Shown: positions 1-11,109 of the stretch, one piece after another
Position numbering within the stretch: the stretch's first letter is position 1
Layout of the letters: each line of letters begins with the position of its first letter
Made by a program: the position numbers and the translations under genes
Notes under the pieces: model-generated
Databases searched by the model: none
Seen by the model: the letters and a program-made list of their open reading frames with translations, nothing else
Told to the model about the DNA's origin: nothing
Virus record (IMG/VR): IMGVR_UViG_3300031788_000005
Coordinates: 1 to 64,000 of that record
DNA from: a virus
Reading direction: 5' to 3' (one strand)
Length of the DNA stretch: 64,000 nt

Positions 1-348
1 CCGTGCTCACGGATTGTTCCAACGCATTACAGGTGAACCCATGCTCGTATTTTTACCCTGCATTCTTTGGATAAGACAGTTACCACCAGTTATCAGGTTA
101 ATTTAATTAGTCAATCTTTTATTTTTAAATTTTTCTTCTCGCGCCAATCGCGCAGCTTCAATTTTTTTATTTGCACTGTCCATATTTGGGTCAGGGTCGC
201 GCGGCAGTGTTATTTCGTCTCATATTTATTTACTTTTTATTTGGCGTTATTTGGCGGAATTAGAATAAAATTTGGCCTATTATTTAATTATTTTGCGCAT
301 TTATGGCGCATTTCGCGGAATTGGATTAAAAGCCTTATTTGCAGATAC

Positions 349-525
349 TTACGGTTGCAATGTAATATTATCCAACCACAACTGCGGAAGCCCCATCGGC
401 CCATCAATCTCAATCCACAACTCAACCGAACTACCATCAGTGAAAGTAATTTTCCACATATTAATGGCGTTGGTGTCAATTGACTTAATTGTCTTTCCTT
501 CTATCGCCCATGTGTTTTTAGTCAT
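349..525 (-). CDS. hypothetical protein, 58 aa (MTKNTWAIEGKTIKS...)
   Basis: Read manually; ATG lies just downstream of a TTGACT promoter at ~555-560; below the ORF-track size cut-off. Confidence 0.5.
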   Translation of the reverse strand: MTKNTWAIEGKTIKSIDTNAINMWKITFTDGSSVELWIEIDGPMGLPQLWLDNITLQP

Positions 526-1559
526 AAAAATAATATATCAAATTAATAAAACAAAGTCAAGAAATATTAGTCATCATCGCTCCATTGCTTCCCATGGCGG
601 AAACCTTCGTAATAGCCTTCAATAAAAGCAACCGTAAGTAATTTCGCGACTTCATCACCGTAATCCGCTCTGTTATAAGATTTTACTATTTCATCAGGGT
701 TATTAGGATGAATAACAACGTATTTATTACCGATGATTTTGAATTTCATATTATTTTTATTTATCCCTTGGTGTGATAATCGCCGTGAACATTGATATAA
801 GACCATTGATACCAAATAAAATAGCCGTAATATCCCATTTTAAAACAGTCAATTGACACGCCAAAATAAAGGAAAGTAAGGCGATAATAGTATAGTATTG
901 GTGAGATTTCATGTTATTACCAGTATTTAGCCAGAAAATGGAGTCCAACGTATATCATACAACCACCGAGAATGCATCCAAATACCAAAGAAATTGCCAT
1001 CATTAATTCAATTATTGTATAAGCTTTATTTTTCATGTTATTTTTTTGATTTTTTGTTTTCATCTGCGCCAACCTTATCACAGGGAACAACAGATAGCAA
1101 GGATTATTTGGATTTATTTTTAATTCAAACAGGTGTTTTAATTTTATTATTATTTAATTAAATATATTTTGCATACGGCCAGAAAAAATTTTAAAACAAA
1201 TTAAAACCATCTTATTTATATCTCTGTTGTCTCTCTCTATATGAACATCTACAAAAATATCCACAAATTACAACACACAATTAAATATAAATCATTCAAA
1301 ATCAACCACTTAAGTCTCTTTTTTTAATCTACGTTTTTACCTGTGTCTACCACGTTGTTATTCATCATAAATCAAAGCCTCTTAAATCGAAGAATAGAGC
1401 GTTTTTAGGCTATCTAGCGGGTATATTGGCAACAGTGTTATAATCTATGTCGTAAGCAGTGTTTTTGTGCCTTGGGAATATACCCCAAGACGCGGTTTGA
1501 TTTCTTTTGAGTTATCTAGGAACCAAATTACCTACTGAAAATTTAGGTAATTTACTCAT

Positions 1560-1799
1560 TTAATTATATTTTGGGTGTCTGCTGGCACAGATTTGGTTGC
1601 CCATACCATCAGAAAAGTAGTTTTCAAAACCCATTGATTCCCATCTATCCATACAAGTCATCCTTACTTGTAACTGTCCCTTATGCAAACGAGCACGATT
1701 GTAACGATGGCCATTGGTATAAAATCCCGCTTGCTGGCTATTTAATTCCCGCACTAAACGCCGCAAGACGGTAGGATGATTGGGTTCTAGGAGTTTCAT
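1560..1799 (-). CDS. hypothetical early protein (leaderless)
   Basis: ORF track; TTGACT-N17-TATTGT-N6-ATG. Confidence 0.65.
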   Translation of the reverse strand: MKLLEPNHPTVLRRLVRELNSQQAGFYTNGHRYNRARLHKGQLQVRMTCMDRWESMGFENYFSDGMGNQICASRHPKYN

Positions 1800-1805
1800 G
1801 AAAAT

Positions 1806-1834
1806 ACAATAGCAAATTATTAATTAAAAGTCAA
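1806..1834 (-). promoter_or_regulatory. sigma70-type early promoter, representative of roughly 60 similar sites on the - strand
   Basis: TTGACT-TTTAATTAATAATTTGC-TATTGT-ATTTTC-ATG; extended -10 TG. Confidence 0.8.
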
Positions 1835-1896
1835 GTCCAAGAATGAATTTTTGCCAACATTTCGGGGATATGATTCTTCAAAGTCAACAATAAAAA

Positions 1897-2115
1897 TCAT
1901 CCCACCGCTAAATAAGTTTTATGAAAGTTATAATCATCCATAACCCCTTTATCCCCACTTGGATGTGTAATAATCCAATCACCTTTATAGACCTCAAGAG
2001 CGTTGAAAAATGCTAATTGAGGATATTTCGGATGTTGTTCTAATCCCTTAATTTTATGCGGCCAGCCCTTCCATTGAACGGCGGTCACGGATTTTTGTCG
2101 AAGAATATATTTCAT
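1897..2115 (-). CDS. small phage protein, PGDYG-like (KGDWII...F.KTY)
   Basis: Motif VYKGDWIITHPSGDKGVMDDYNFHKTY. Confidence 0.5.
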   Translation of the reverse strand: MKYILRQKSVTAVQWKGWPHKIKGLEQHPKYPQLAFFNALEVYKGDWIITHPSGDKGVMDDYNFHKTYLAVG

Positions 2116-2501
2116 GATTAACAAGCCATTGCTGTGTCAATTCCGGCGATATTACCGTTGACTACCACGAATTTGTTATTGGGGATGTTATTATCCACCC
2201 ATTGCATCAACTGGTTTTCATTATCGAACTGCTTAACGTGCAAGTCGTTAGAGTCGTCTTGGTAAATTAGGACAAATGGTTTATTCATATACAAACATTT
2301 TCAGGATGTCTTCCAAAATTGAGTTTTTAGTAGGACGACCATCTATATCTTCTCCACCCGTAAGATATCTGTCGAACTGTCCGCCTTCATTATACCAAGC
2401 CGCGAATTTCTGCCTCTCTAAGACGGTGAGGATTTTTTCGGCTAATTGTTTTTGTTGTGCTGTCATATTTAAAGAGTATCAATAATTAAATTAAAAGTCA
2501 A

Positions 2502-2831
2502 TCAAATTTTCGTAAATTTAAAATAGACTACTCCCTTGTGAGTCTTTAAAAAATCATGAATTAATGTATCTAATTCGTCAGTAAAAAAGACGTTATGGTA
2601 ACTAATAATCCCTTCAATCCACCAATACCAAACCTCCTCAAGATAGGATAGACCGCACTTAGTAAACCCTTCTTCCTCATTTCTAATGACTTCCAAAGTA
2701 TAATTGGCGAATTCATCTTTTACACCAAGTTTTCTAAGAGTATACTTGCAAAAATGAATATTACAATATTCTGCCGCTACCCACCGATGCCAGAGAGGAT
2801 TAAATTTGAGAGTTAGAGTTAATTTATTCAT
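2502..2831 (-). CDS. hypothetical protein
   Basis: 109-aa ORF with own TTGAC promoter. Confidence 0.6.
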   Translation of the reverse strand: MNKLTLTLKFNPLWHRWVAAEYCNIHFCKYTLRKLGVKDEFANYTLEVIRNEEEGFTKCGLSYLEEVWYWWIEGIISYHNVFFTDELDTLIHDFLKTHKGVVYFKFTKI

Positions 2832-2989
2832 GTGAGTACCTTATCAGCAACAAACAACAAAGTCAATTGGAGTGGTAGTTTTTTTAATCATATATTCACC
2901 TTTTATGATTGAAACCAAAGAACCAGCAAATGTAAAACAACAGCAAATATCACAGCAATAGCAAATACTATAATAACAGTAGCCATATA

Positions 2990-3274
2990 TCAGTTTTTAA
3001 AGTACCTCTCTGCGCGTTCCTTCATCGAAGACAAGACTGGAACGACATCTTGCGGGATTTTCTTTTTACAAATATGAGTTTGTAATGTCCTACCGAGAGC
3101 AATGGACAAACCCATCTCCTTGTCAAATTTGTCTCCAGATTTTCGGTTTACAAAACTCCAGCCAATGCGATAACGGTCTTGGGGGTCTTTAACGGCAATT
3201 ACCACACCACGCAGTTGACCGCGCCGTTTACCGCGAGTTTCTTTTACGTATTGAATTAGAGGATTATTATTCAT
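2990..3274 (-). CDS. hypothetical phage protein (IGWS...DKFDK.MG..IAL.R)
   Basis: ORF track; own promoter at ~3304. Confidence 0.65.
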   Translation of the reverse strand: MNNNPLIQYVKETRGKRRGQLRGVVIAVKDPQDRYRIGWSFVNRKSGDKFDKEMGLSIALGRTLQTHICKKKIPQDVVPVLSSMKERAERYFKN

Positions 3275-3970
3275 ATTGCAAATATATCAGGGATGGATTG
3301 AAAAGTCAAGAAAGAAACTCAACTTCACAACCGCCGTTCATTTCAGCCAGCGCCCATTCAATTTCGTAATCACTAGGGGTAAATCCATAATGGTTTGTGG
3401 CCAAATTCTTTATGAGATTAAAACAGTAATCGCGATTACCTTTACCCATGCGCCACATGGTCTTAACGAATCCGCCCTCGAAATCATTTCGGAAAACATT
3501 TGTCTTGATTTTATAGACGTTTTTAAGATGTTAAGTGTCGTTATTCATTTTTTTATTGATTTTTAGTCTGCCACAGGGGAATCCATTGTTTAGATTCGAC
3601 CAACTGGAATTTTTCCTTACAGTGATAACATTCCATTATGTCACCAATTTTAATTTCTTTATTAGGGAGATTTTTCCAGCTTTCAACGCAACAGCGAAAG
3701 ACGCCAGCGGTAGTAATTGTTGTATCGTTAAGTTTCATACTTGCGCCAGCCGCGTCCATTCATCCATCACAAATTGAAGTTCCTTAAATGTAAGACTTGA
3801 ATTTGTTTCACCCAATGTCAAAACAGGTTCAAACCCTGTTCCGTTATGCTCATTTGCAACGTAGCCAATTTTCCATGCACCACTGTTAATTTCCAGACAC
3901 TGGCCACGAGCATTCCATTCACAATTAATATTATTCATATAAAAGATAATATCAAAGCCGGTCATTAAAG

Positions 3971-4324
3971 TCAAGAATTATGTTTTAAATATTCACCACA
4001 CTTAGTAATGTGATATTGTGCGATTGCAAGCCAACGTTTTACCAAATCTGGATGATTGCTAACTAGCTTCTTAAAGTCCTGACTGTAAACATTTAGTTGG
4101 CTAACACTATTACCGCTATGAAGATAAATGGTGTCATCGTCAGCATGGCGCGAGGGTTGAACCTTAATATAGTTAGAATAGCTTCCAATTGGTACAGAGA
4201 CTTCTTTTCTCTCGTATTGTGCCCCATAAATACCCTTTAAGATTGCCTCGCCAAATGCCTTGGGGTCTTTTTCAAACTCGCCCATGGCATCATTGTGAAT
4301 TGTGATTGTAGTTAAGAATCCCAT
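3971..4324 (-). CDS. hypothetical protein
   Basis: 117-aa ORF; own promoter; TGA stop lies inside the next TTGAC. Confidence 0.65.
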   Translation of the reverse strand: MGFLTTITIHNDAMGEFEKDPKAFGEAILKGIYGAQYERKEVSVPIGSYSNYIKVQPSRHADDDTIYLHSGNSVSQLNVYSQDFKKLVSNHPDLVKRWLAIAQYHITKCGEYLKHNS

Positions 4325-4629
4325 GTGTTATTAATATATAAAATTAAAACAAAGAAGTCAACAATTATTCCGGTAAATAACTCCAACCCCATTTTAGGTG
4401 ATGCTCTTTAAGTTCTTCTTTTGTGTTGTGAAGTGTCGAAATGATACAAGTCATTCCACCAGCGGAGGGTTCAAAACACTCTTTCCAACTGGGATATGCA
4501 CGTTCAAGGTCATGCAATTGACCACGCAACTCTACCAACCCCCAACGAATTTCCTCAATCAAAATCGATGGCGGCTTGGTTAAGTCTGTCTTATAAATTG
4601 GTTTATGAGTAAGGTTAGGAGACATAATT

Positions 4630-4926
4630 TTATTTTAATTGGTTATAAGCTTCCCGCGCAATGTCGTTGCAAAACGCCCTAAATTTACTATTATGTTCCT
4701 GATACCAAGGTTTATTGAACATCGAGTTGTACCAATCCCACTGCCAGCCCTGATTGAAATTCAAACAAACACCTAAGATAACCGACTCAGGCAGGTGACT
4801 CGTTACCAGCACAAACTTATCTTCGGGATTGACTTTTGCCCACAACTTGGTATTTGGGTGGTCGAGAATAGCTTGCAGACCAGCTTTCTTGAATCCGGCT
4901 TCCAGTGTTTCAACTTGCGTTTTCAT
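4630..4926 (-). CDS. hypothetical protein
   Basis: 98-aa ORF with own promoter. Confidence 0.6.
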   Translation of the reverse strand: MKTQVETLEAGFKKAGLQAILDHPNTKLWAKVNPEDKFVLVTSHLPESVILGVCLNFNQGWQWDWYNSMFNKPWYQEHNSKFRAFCNDIAREAYNQLK

Positions 4927-4956
4927 ATCACTACTATATCACAAGACGCGGATTAG

Positions 4957-5376
4957 TCAAGACTTTTTCGCTGCCTTATACTTATCTACAAGTTTAATCA
5001 GGGTTTCAATCCTAAATGTCTGACATCCAACAACTACATCACCCGTCTTGGTATTAACAACCGCGCTGTACCTATCATTAAGTACTTGGGTAAAATACAT
5101 TTCGTTAAATGTTATGATGTGTTGGAGAAATTGTTCAAAACTAACCAAACCATCTACTATATTATCTATGCTACCACGAGATTGAATTCCATTATCATCC
5201 AAAAGCAAATATTTGTTATCACCTTCGCTTGGATATTCATTAACGGCGTCTTCAATTTTATCAAGCAACTGCCAATTACCGCCAGAAAAATATACCTTGA
5301 CTCCCGCGCCCTTGGCAAGAGTGAAGATGATTTTGCGCTGTTCTGGTGTGGCGATTGTTTTAAGTGTGTAGTCCAT
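4957..5376 (-). CDS. 'VGCQ' paralog family member 1
   Basis: C-terminal LNDRYSA...VVVGCQTF shared with 9517-10820 ORFs. Confidence 0.7.
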   Translation of the reverse strand: MDYTLKTIATPEQRKIIFTLAKGAGVKVYFSGGNWQLLDKIEDAVNEYPSEGDNKYLLLDDNGIQSRGSIDNIVDGLVSFEQFLQHIITFNEMYFTQVLNDRYSAVVNTKTGDVVVGCQTFRIETLIKLVDKYKAAKKS

Positions 5377-5391
5377 AAGTTTTAATAATTA

Positions 5392-5679
5392 TTATTCAGC
5401 CAACCATTCAGCCAGTTCGCGGATATTTTCAAAAACAAAAATCTCGCAACGTTCATCGTTCAATACATATTTTAAAATCTCTTCCGCCGTTTCACCCGAA
5501 CACCAGTGGTAAGTTCCATCACAAAATGCCACTTTAATATTGATGCCACTATTTACAATAGGAGACAAAATATATTTCTTTCCAATTGTCTTTGTCTGCA
5601 TGCCTACTAGAGACCAGTTTTTAATTTCGGGTAATTGGATGGTGGTTAGTTGGGGTGATTCTTTAATTAGTTGTTTCAT
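5392..5679 (-). CDS. hypothetical protein, paralog of 12058-12363
   Basis: MKQLIKESPQ...FVFENIRELAEWLAE. Confidence 0.65.
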   Translation of the reverse strand: MKQLIKESPQLTTIQLPEIKNWSLVGMQTKTIGKKYILSPIVNSGINIKVAFCDGTYHWCSGETAEEILKYVLNDERCEIFVFENIRELAEWLAE

Positions 5680-6169
5680 ATAAGATGATAATAGCAGATA
5701 GATTAATAAATGTCAATTAGAAATTTCCAAATAGATAAGATTCCCATCTTTCCACGTCTTGAATTGCGCCCCCTGACCTTGAAGCGCGGTAATGAGTTTG
5801 GCCAGCCAGACGTTTTGTTCGGTTGAGTTGATATTGAATTCCATTGGCTCGTTTTTATTCATGGGAAGATAATAGCAGAATAATTAATGATTGTCAACTC
5901 TTTCCCATCAAAGTTATCGGTTTTCCGGTGCTGGTATTAAGTTCCACCGAGCAAACTCCTAGTCCTAATTTTTTTATATTCAAACCCCATACTTTACCGC
6001 CAACAATGGCAGTTTGATTGTTTAGCAACAAAGCTTTAGCAATTGTCGTTGGGACGCGAATCTTTTCTCCAACAACCAACTTGTTGATTTCGTTTAAAGT
6101 ATTTTTATATTGATTATGTAGGGCATTAGTCATATTTAAGATATTATCAGCAATTAAATAAAAAGTCAA

Positions 6170-6904
6170 CTAAATACTAACAAGTGTTTCACGCATCCAA
6201 GCCATATTAATGGATTTTTTGACTCTAGCATCATCATTAGCCAACGGCAAAAGTTTCTTCGCTGGCACGGAAAATAAATAACTGCCATCCATAATAGTAT
6301 CTCTGTCGATTCCAAGTCTTTGTTTAACCCAGTTAAGTGTACCCTCAATACAATTTCCGGCACACCTAGAATCCTGCAAATTTACACGAGTAGAATTAAT
6401 TTCCCGCTCAAAAATTTTCTGGTGATATTGTTTTTCCAATTCCAATTTACGGGCATTTTTTTGTTTCTCCCAATTTTCCCGCAAATTAAATAGCATTCCC
6501 TTAACACCATTGAATAATACATCGTCAGAATTAAAATAAAAATTCTTTTTTGGATTAGATTTGCTTTGCAAAGAGACGCCCAAATTGTCAGCCGCAAAGA
6601 TAAAACCTTTGGGCGCAATTAAATGAAAATTTTCGACACCAATTTTGCCGACCAAAGCCGAACCATTATCAATAATCTCACCAAAGCTTTGGCAATAAGG
6701 AGAATATTCATATTTCGTGTATTGGCAACGACTTGAATATCTGCCACAATTATGGGTAAAATATCCTCCAATTGGTTTTATGGCATCATCTAAAGCCGCA
6801 GTTGGATTACGCCAATTTTTGATTCGAGGATAATTTTCTTGGCAAATTTCAAGAGTACGGTTTTTAATTTTTTGTCCTAATGGAATGCGGTATTTAAAAT
6901 TCAT
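6170..6904 (-). CDS. hypothetical protein, 244 aa (DSRCAGNCIEGT motif)
   Basis: Long ORF; start reassigned to the ATG 6 nt after the -10 box. Confidence 0.75.
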   Translation of the reverse strand: MNFKYRIPLGQKIKNRTLEICQENYPRIKNWRNPTAALDDAIKPIGGYFTHNCGRYSSRCQYTKYEYSPYCQSFGEIIDNGSALVGKIGVENFHLIAPKGFIFAADNLGVSLQSKSNPKKNFYFNSDDVLFNGVKGMLFNLRENWEKQKNARKLELEKQYHQKIFEREINSTRVNLQDSRCAGNCIEGTLNWVKQRLGIDRDTIMDGSYLFSVPAKKLLPLANDDARVKKSINMAWMRETLVSI

Positions 6905-6948
6905 ATGCAAAATATATCAGAGTATAATTAAAAAGTCAACTAAATATT

Positions 6949-7227
6949 TCAATCAGCATCTGCAATCAGGTGTTTTCTAAGGTTGATTTGCATCAGGCCA
7001 GACGGACGTTTGTCCACACTTTCTACTTGGTTAGGATGAAAACCAATACCCATTGTGCCGTGTCCAGAAGAACTTTCTCCCACGCGCAAATAAAATCGGT
7101 TATCATCATCTTCGGGAGCTTCCAACTGACCGTAGAAAGAGAAATGGATTCCATTGCTATCCGCGCAATCATCACCCGCGCGGACTTCAATGTATTGACC
7201 AACCAGAGGGGTTAATTTGTTTTTCAT
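6949..7227 (-). CDS. hypothetical protein
   Basis: ORF with own promoter. Confidence 0.6.
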   Translation of the reverse strand: MKNKLTPLVGQYIEVRAGDDCADSNGIHFSFYGQLEAPEDDDNRFYLRVGESSSGHGTMGIGFHPNQVESVDKRPSGLMQINLRKHLIADAD

Positions 7228-8450
7228 ATGAAGACTATAGCAGAATTAAAGGTAAAGTCAAGGCTTTACTCTCTTGCACCCATATTCTTCTTTGATTTGA
7301 TGATATCGTTCATGAGTAATACAATAAGCAGGTAAATCCACAAAACGCAATACACCAAGTCCCGCTTCATTCCGAACTAGATTCCAGATAAATAGCGTAT
7401 TTAAATTCGCGCCAATATCTTGATTGGTACGGAAGTAGTTATCCTCCACGTGCTTAATGAAATCGGGGTCTATGTTGCTATTTGTTGTAATCATACATTT
7501 GTCTGGTTTTTATACCAAGTGGTTCCTTCCAACCAAGGTTTTGTCATTTCGACTAATTCGCTACGCTTAAACAGCCCAAATGATTCTTGCGTAGTTGAAT
7601 CAATTACCGAAGTCATTGCGAAACCCAATTTAGAACCATGGTCTTTCTGCTTGTTCGCGAACTCTTCCACGCCAGCAATCGCCGCTTTAATTACTTGATG
7701 AAAGAATTGCGGGTCTTTTTTGCATTGACTAGCGACCAGAGATAGAATGATTTTTTCGTCCATATATTAATACCCTAACAGACTAATGCAAATGAGTCAA
7801 GTAAATTATCAAAGGGATTCTCCCGCTGCGTCTTCGGCAATAGCTTCAATTTCCCTTTCCAATTCAGTAATGCGCGTAAGTAGTTCGTTCAAAGCCCGTT
7901 CTTTTGCCTTGATACCAAGACCATCATGAGTTAGCAGGACTAATTTGATGTATTCAATGTCCATAAGTCAACCTAAAAGATTTGGTTTTCCACGACTCCA
8001 ATAAAAATTAGGCAAATATTTAAAATTAAACCACGCATTTAAATAACAGCCAAACAGAAAGAAAGTAAGTCTGGTATTGTAAAATGGATAGTTCTTGGGA
8101 TTCTCTTTGTGAATACCGATATAGGATACGCCTTCATGTTCAGCCCAAAAATAGGTTAGTTTCATTACTTAATGCGAGTTTGGATTACTTGAAACTGGTG
8201 AATTTCGACGGAGTTTTTCCAATCAGGCCCAAAATAATCTTCCATTGCTTTGATTAAGTCTCGTTCGCTGTCAAAGTCGAAGACATAATCCTTGCCATCC
8301 CAAAATGGCTGATAGCGTGGAACAGAAAGACTTTTACACCATGCGCGATGCATAACGTATCCAGTTGATTGGTTGATTTCCATATATTAGTACTTTATCA
8401 GAAGGATTAAGTTTTGTCAAGTTTTTCTTTTTTTTCTTTCATCATTTAAA

Positions 8451-8563
8451 GTTGGTTTTTGTCAATGTGTCAAAGCACCAGTATTTAGCCCCTACTGGAC
8501 GCGGCCCCAAGTATATTATGCGTCACGCTTCCATCTACTCACTAAATACGACCCATAACCAAC
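8451..8563 (-). ncRNA. putative structured ncRNA C
   Basis: Starts at the predicted +1 of a TTGACT promoter; ends pair (GTTGGTT/AACCAAC); internal GTATTTAG/CTAAATAC helix; no ORF. Confidence 0.5.
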
Positions 8564-8613
8564 AAAAGTACTCTAATAGAAAATTAACCAAAAGTCAAAT
8601 AAAAAATTTAAAA

Positions 8614-8720
8614 TGTCAGTGATGTTCAGGTCGCTCGCTTAGGTTTCTCATGTCAGTTACAAATGCGCTTCGCGCTCACCTAATGCCTACCCCTAACACG
8701 CCCTCAATGCATCACCAACA
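8614..8720 (-). ncRNA. putative structured ncRNA B
   Basis: Terminal helix TGTTGGTGATG/CATCACTGACA; internal TTAGGT/ACCTAA and GCGC-GAA-GCGC. Confidence 0.5.
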
Positions 8721-8729
8721 AAAATTAAC

Positions 8730-8802
8730 ATTGAAACGTTCACCGACTCGGCCAACCCTACGCTGTAAAGACGCTCGATTCGTCGCTTTTAACCGTTTCA
8801 AT
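8730..8802 (-). ncRNA. putative structured ncRNA A
   Basis: Directly after TTGACA-N17-TAATGT promoter; terminal helix ATTGAAACG/CGTTTCAAT. Confidence 0.5.
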
Positions 8803-8833
8803 AAAACAACATTATCAGAATCATCGCAGCTTG

Positions 8834-9109
8834 TCAACTATTTTTTAAAAAAGATTTTTGAATTTCCAACAAACAATTAAATGGTTTAACTGGTTTATTC
8901 ATATCAAAACGTCTAATAAAACGCCTAGCAGAACGAGGAAGTTCAAATACTCTTCCAGAATTCATAAAATTTACTTTCCCAACAAGGGTAACTACGGTCT
9001 CAGGAATAACTACATCTTTAATTGCCAAGGCAATAGGACACCTAGCAAAATCACCACGTTTACCTAATTTAATGTGTTTTTTCTGGACTTTAATGATTAC
9101 TTTATTCAT
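8834..9109 (-). CDS. hypothetical protein (CPIALA motif)
   Basis: ORF track. Confidence 0.6.
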   Translation of the reverse strand: MNKVIIKVQKKHIKLGKRGDFARCPIALAIKDVVIPETVVTLVGKVNFMNSGRVFELPRSARRFIRRFDMNKPVKPFNCLLEIQKSFLKNS

Positions 9110-9110
9110 A

Positions 9111-9482
9111 TTATTTATAAAATTTCGTGTGTCCTATCACCAAAAACGGCTTAAGATGTAATACTTTGGTAAAATACCAATTGTCTATATCTCCCCCGAA
9201 GTAACGACATCCGTGAGTTATGTTGGATGTTCTAGATTCATTCCACGCCCTATTAACCCGCTCGTAAATCCTACTACTTTCATACCTATGAGCGTTGGCA
9301 CCATACACACCTTGTAAACTTCCACGCTTCCTAATTACTTCACAAATAGCTACTTGAGCAAGATATGGTTCGCCGGAACTTTCTTCAACTACTGCATGAA
9401 TGATGGTAGCAGTATCCGGCAATTTTGCCTCACATTTACTAAATAAACTACACACTAGTACTATCAATACTATAACTCTCAT
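9111..9482 (-). CDS. SleB-like cell wall hydrolase (Hydrolase_2) with signal peptide
   Basis: EESSGEPYLAQVAICEVIRKR...IGHTKFYK; hydrophobic N-terminus. Confidence 0.75.
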   Translation of the reverse strand: MRVIVLIVLVCSLFSKCEAKLPDTATIIHAVVEESSGEPYLAQVAICEVIRKRGSLQGVYGANAHRYESSRIYERVNRAWNESRTSNITHGCRYFGGDIDNWYFTKVLHLKPFLVIGHTKFYK

Positions 9483-9516
9483 ATTTATAGTATTGTATTC
9501 TCTTTTTAGGAGAAAG

Positions 9517-9939
9517 TCAATGCTTAAATGCTTTTTCCCTAATTGTATTAATGGCGTTAGTTAGTTCATCAAAATTCAGCAACGGTATTTTCTGACAACC
9601 CACTGTGATAAAATCATTACCTTGCTTGTAGTTAGCTGAATATTCTTCATTTAAAGGAATATTAACTTCGAGTAAAATTGGCCCAGAATGAAGATTACTT
9701 ACGAATTCATAAAAAGAAACAGAATTTCGGTTATTATTATCTTTGGTAAAACAATTCCATTCATCTTCATAATAAAAGCCAACTTTTGGATATCTTATGT
9801 TTGGATTATCAATTGAAACTCCTCCGACTATTTTTTCTCCAGCCGCAATCAAGATATTAAGTACTGCCGATTTTTCTTGTTGCGTGGTGCATTCGATGAA
9901 GTAATTTTCACGGATTTTATTTAGGTATTTTTTATTCAT
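9517..9939 (-). CDS. 'VGCQ' paralog family member 2
   Basis: LNEEYSANY...ITVGCQKIP. Confidence 0.75.
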   Translation of the reverse strand: MNKKYLNKIRENYFIECTTQQEKSAVLNILIAAGEKIVGGVSIDNPNIRYPKVGFYYEDEWNCFTKDNNNRNSVSFYEFVSNLHSGPILLEVNIPLNEEYSANYKQGNDFITVGCQKIPLLNFDELTNAINTIREKAFKH

Positions 9940-9970
9940 ATTTTTAGATTATTAGATTGCGCGTTAAATA

Positions 9971-10381
9971 TCAAGACTTAATTGAATCAATCTCATTCAA
10001 GAATTTTCGGACAATAGCAAGAGGGATGGTTTGACATCCTACTGTAATATGTTCGTTGCCTTCAATATATTTCGCGGAATATTCGCTGTTAAGTTCAATT
10101 TCAACAACTTTTTTGACCTTTGGGACATGCACATCAATCATAAAGTCCCTAAATGAAATAACTTTGTCATTTAGCTTATCACGAAAAGCAGACCATTGAA
10201 AAATACCATCGTACTTAACGTAAGGATATTCTATAGTATCGTTATTTACATCTAGTAGTAAAACTGAACAGTTTTCTCCCGCTTCCTTAAGGATGGTTGC
10301 AATCGCACATTTTTCCCAATTGTCGGTAGTTTGGATAGCCCTATTTTCTTTCTTAATTTGTTGGATGTAGTCTTTATTCAT
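9971..10381 (-). CDS. 'VGCQ' paralog family member 3
   Basis: LNSEYSAKY...ITVGCQTIP. Confidence 0.75.
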   Translation of the reverse strand: MNKDYIQQIKKENRAIQTTDNWEKCAIATILKEAGENCSVLLLDVNNDTIEYPYVKYDGIFQWSAFRDKLNDKVISFRDFMIDVHVPKVKKVVEIELNSEYSAKYIEGNEHITVGCQTIPLAIVRKFLNEIDSIKS

Positions 10382-10412
10382 AAGTTGATAGTATATTAAT
10401 TCTCGTTAGATT

Positions 10413-10820
10413 TCAAGTGTTAATTTTATTAATTTCCATTATAAGATTTAAAAGAGTAAAAACGGGTATCTTTTGGCATCCCACAGTGATTTCAGAGTCG
10501 CCCTTATTGTAAATGGCGGTGTAGTCCTTGTTGAGTTTATATTCCAACATCTTTTTATTGGGGTTAAATAAGTTAGTAATAAATTCCGTAAAATTAATCA
10601 CAGGATTGCCCTTCTTACTAAAACCCCACTCCATCATTCCCGCAAAAACTTCGCCATTAAAATAAACGATTGGATATTCAATGTCTCCCTTTTGAGTTTC
10701 CGTCCCAACCTTTTCATTTAAACTTATTAGAATTCCAACAAGAGTCAATTTTTCTTCGTGAGTGGCGCACTTGATGCCAGTTTTAGATGATTTAATTGAT
10801 TCGAGATATGCTTTATTCAT
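10413..10820 (-). CDS. 'VGCQ' paralog family member 4
   Basis: LNKDYTAIY...ITVGCQKIP. Confidence 0.75.
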   Translation of the reverse strand: MNKAYLESIKSSKTGIKCATHEEKLTLVGILISLNEKVGTETQKGDIEYPIVYFNGEVFAGMMEWGFSKKGNPVINFTEFITNLFNPNKKMLEYKLNKDYTAIYNKGDSEITVGCQKIPVFTLLNLIMEINKINT

Positions 10821-11109
10821 AAATGTAGATTATAGTATTTTGCTACGATTGTCAAGACAAATGAGTAATTTCCAAAGGATATTCGTTTTCAAATACTTCC
10901 CCCGCCATTCGTGGCCATCCCTGAAAGATAAAAACTGCATCTTGTCCGTAACTAGAACCCATGACGGTTTTGATATCTGGCGCGGTAAGGCGTTTAATCT
11001 TGGTAATAGAGTGCCAATGACTTCCACGTTGGAAATGGTCGTTATAGATGACAGTGAATTTATTCATGCGATTAATCTATCAGAATATTTGTTACTTGTC
11101 AATAGAAAA

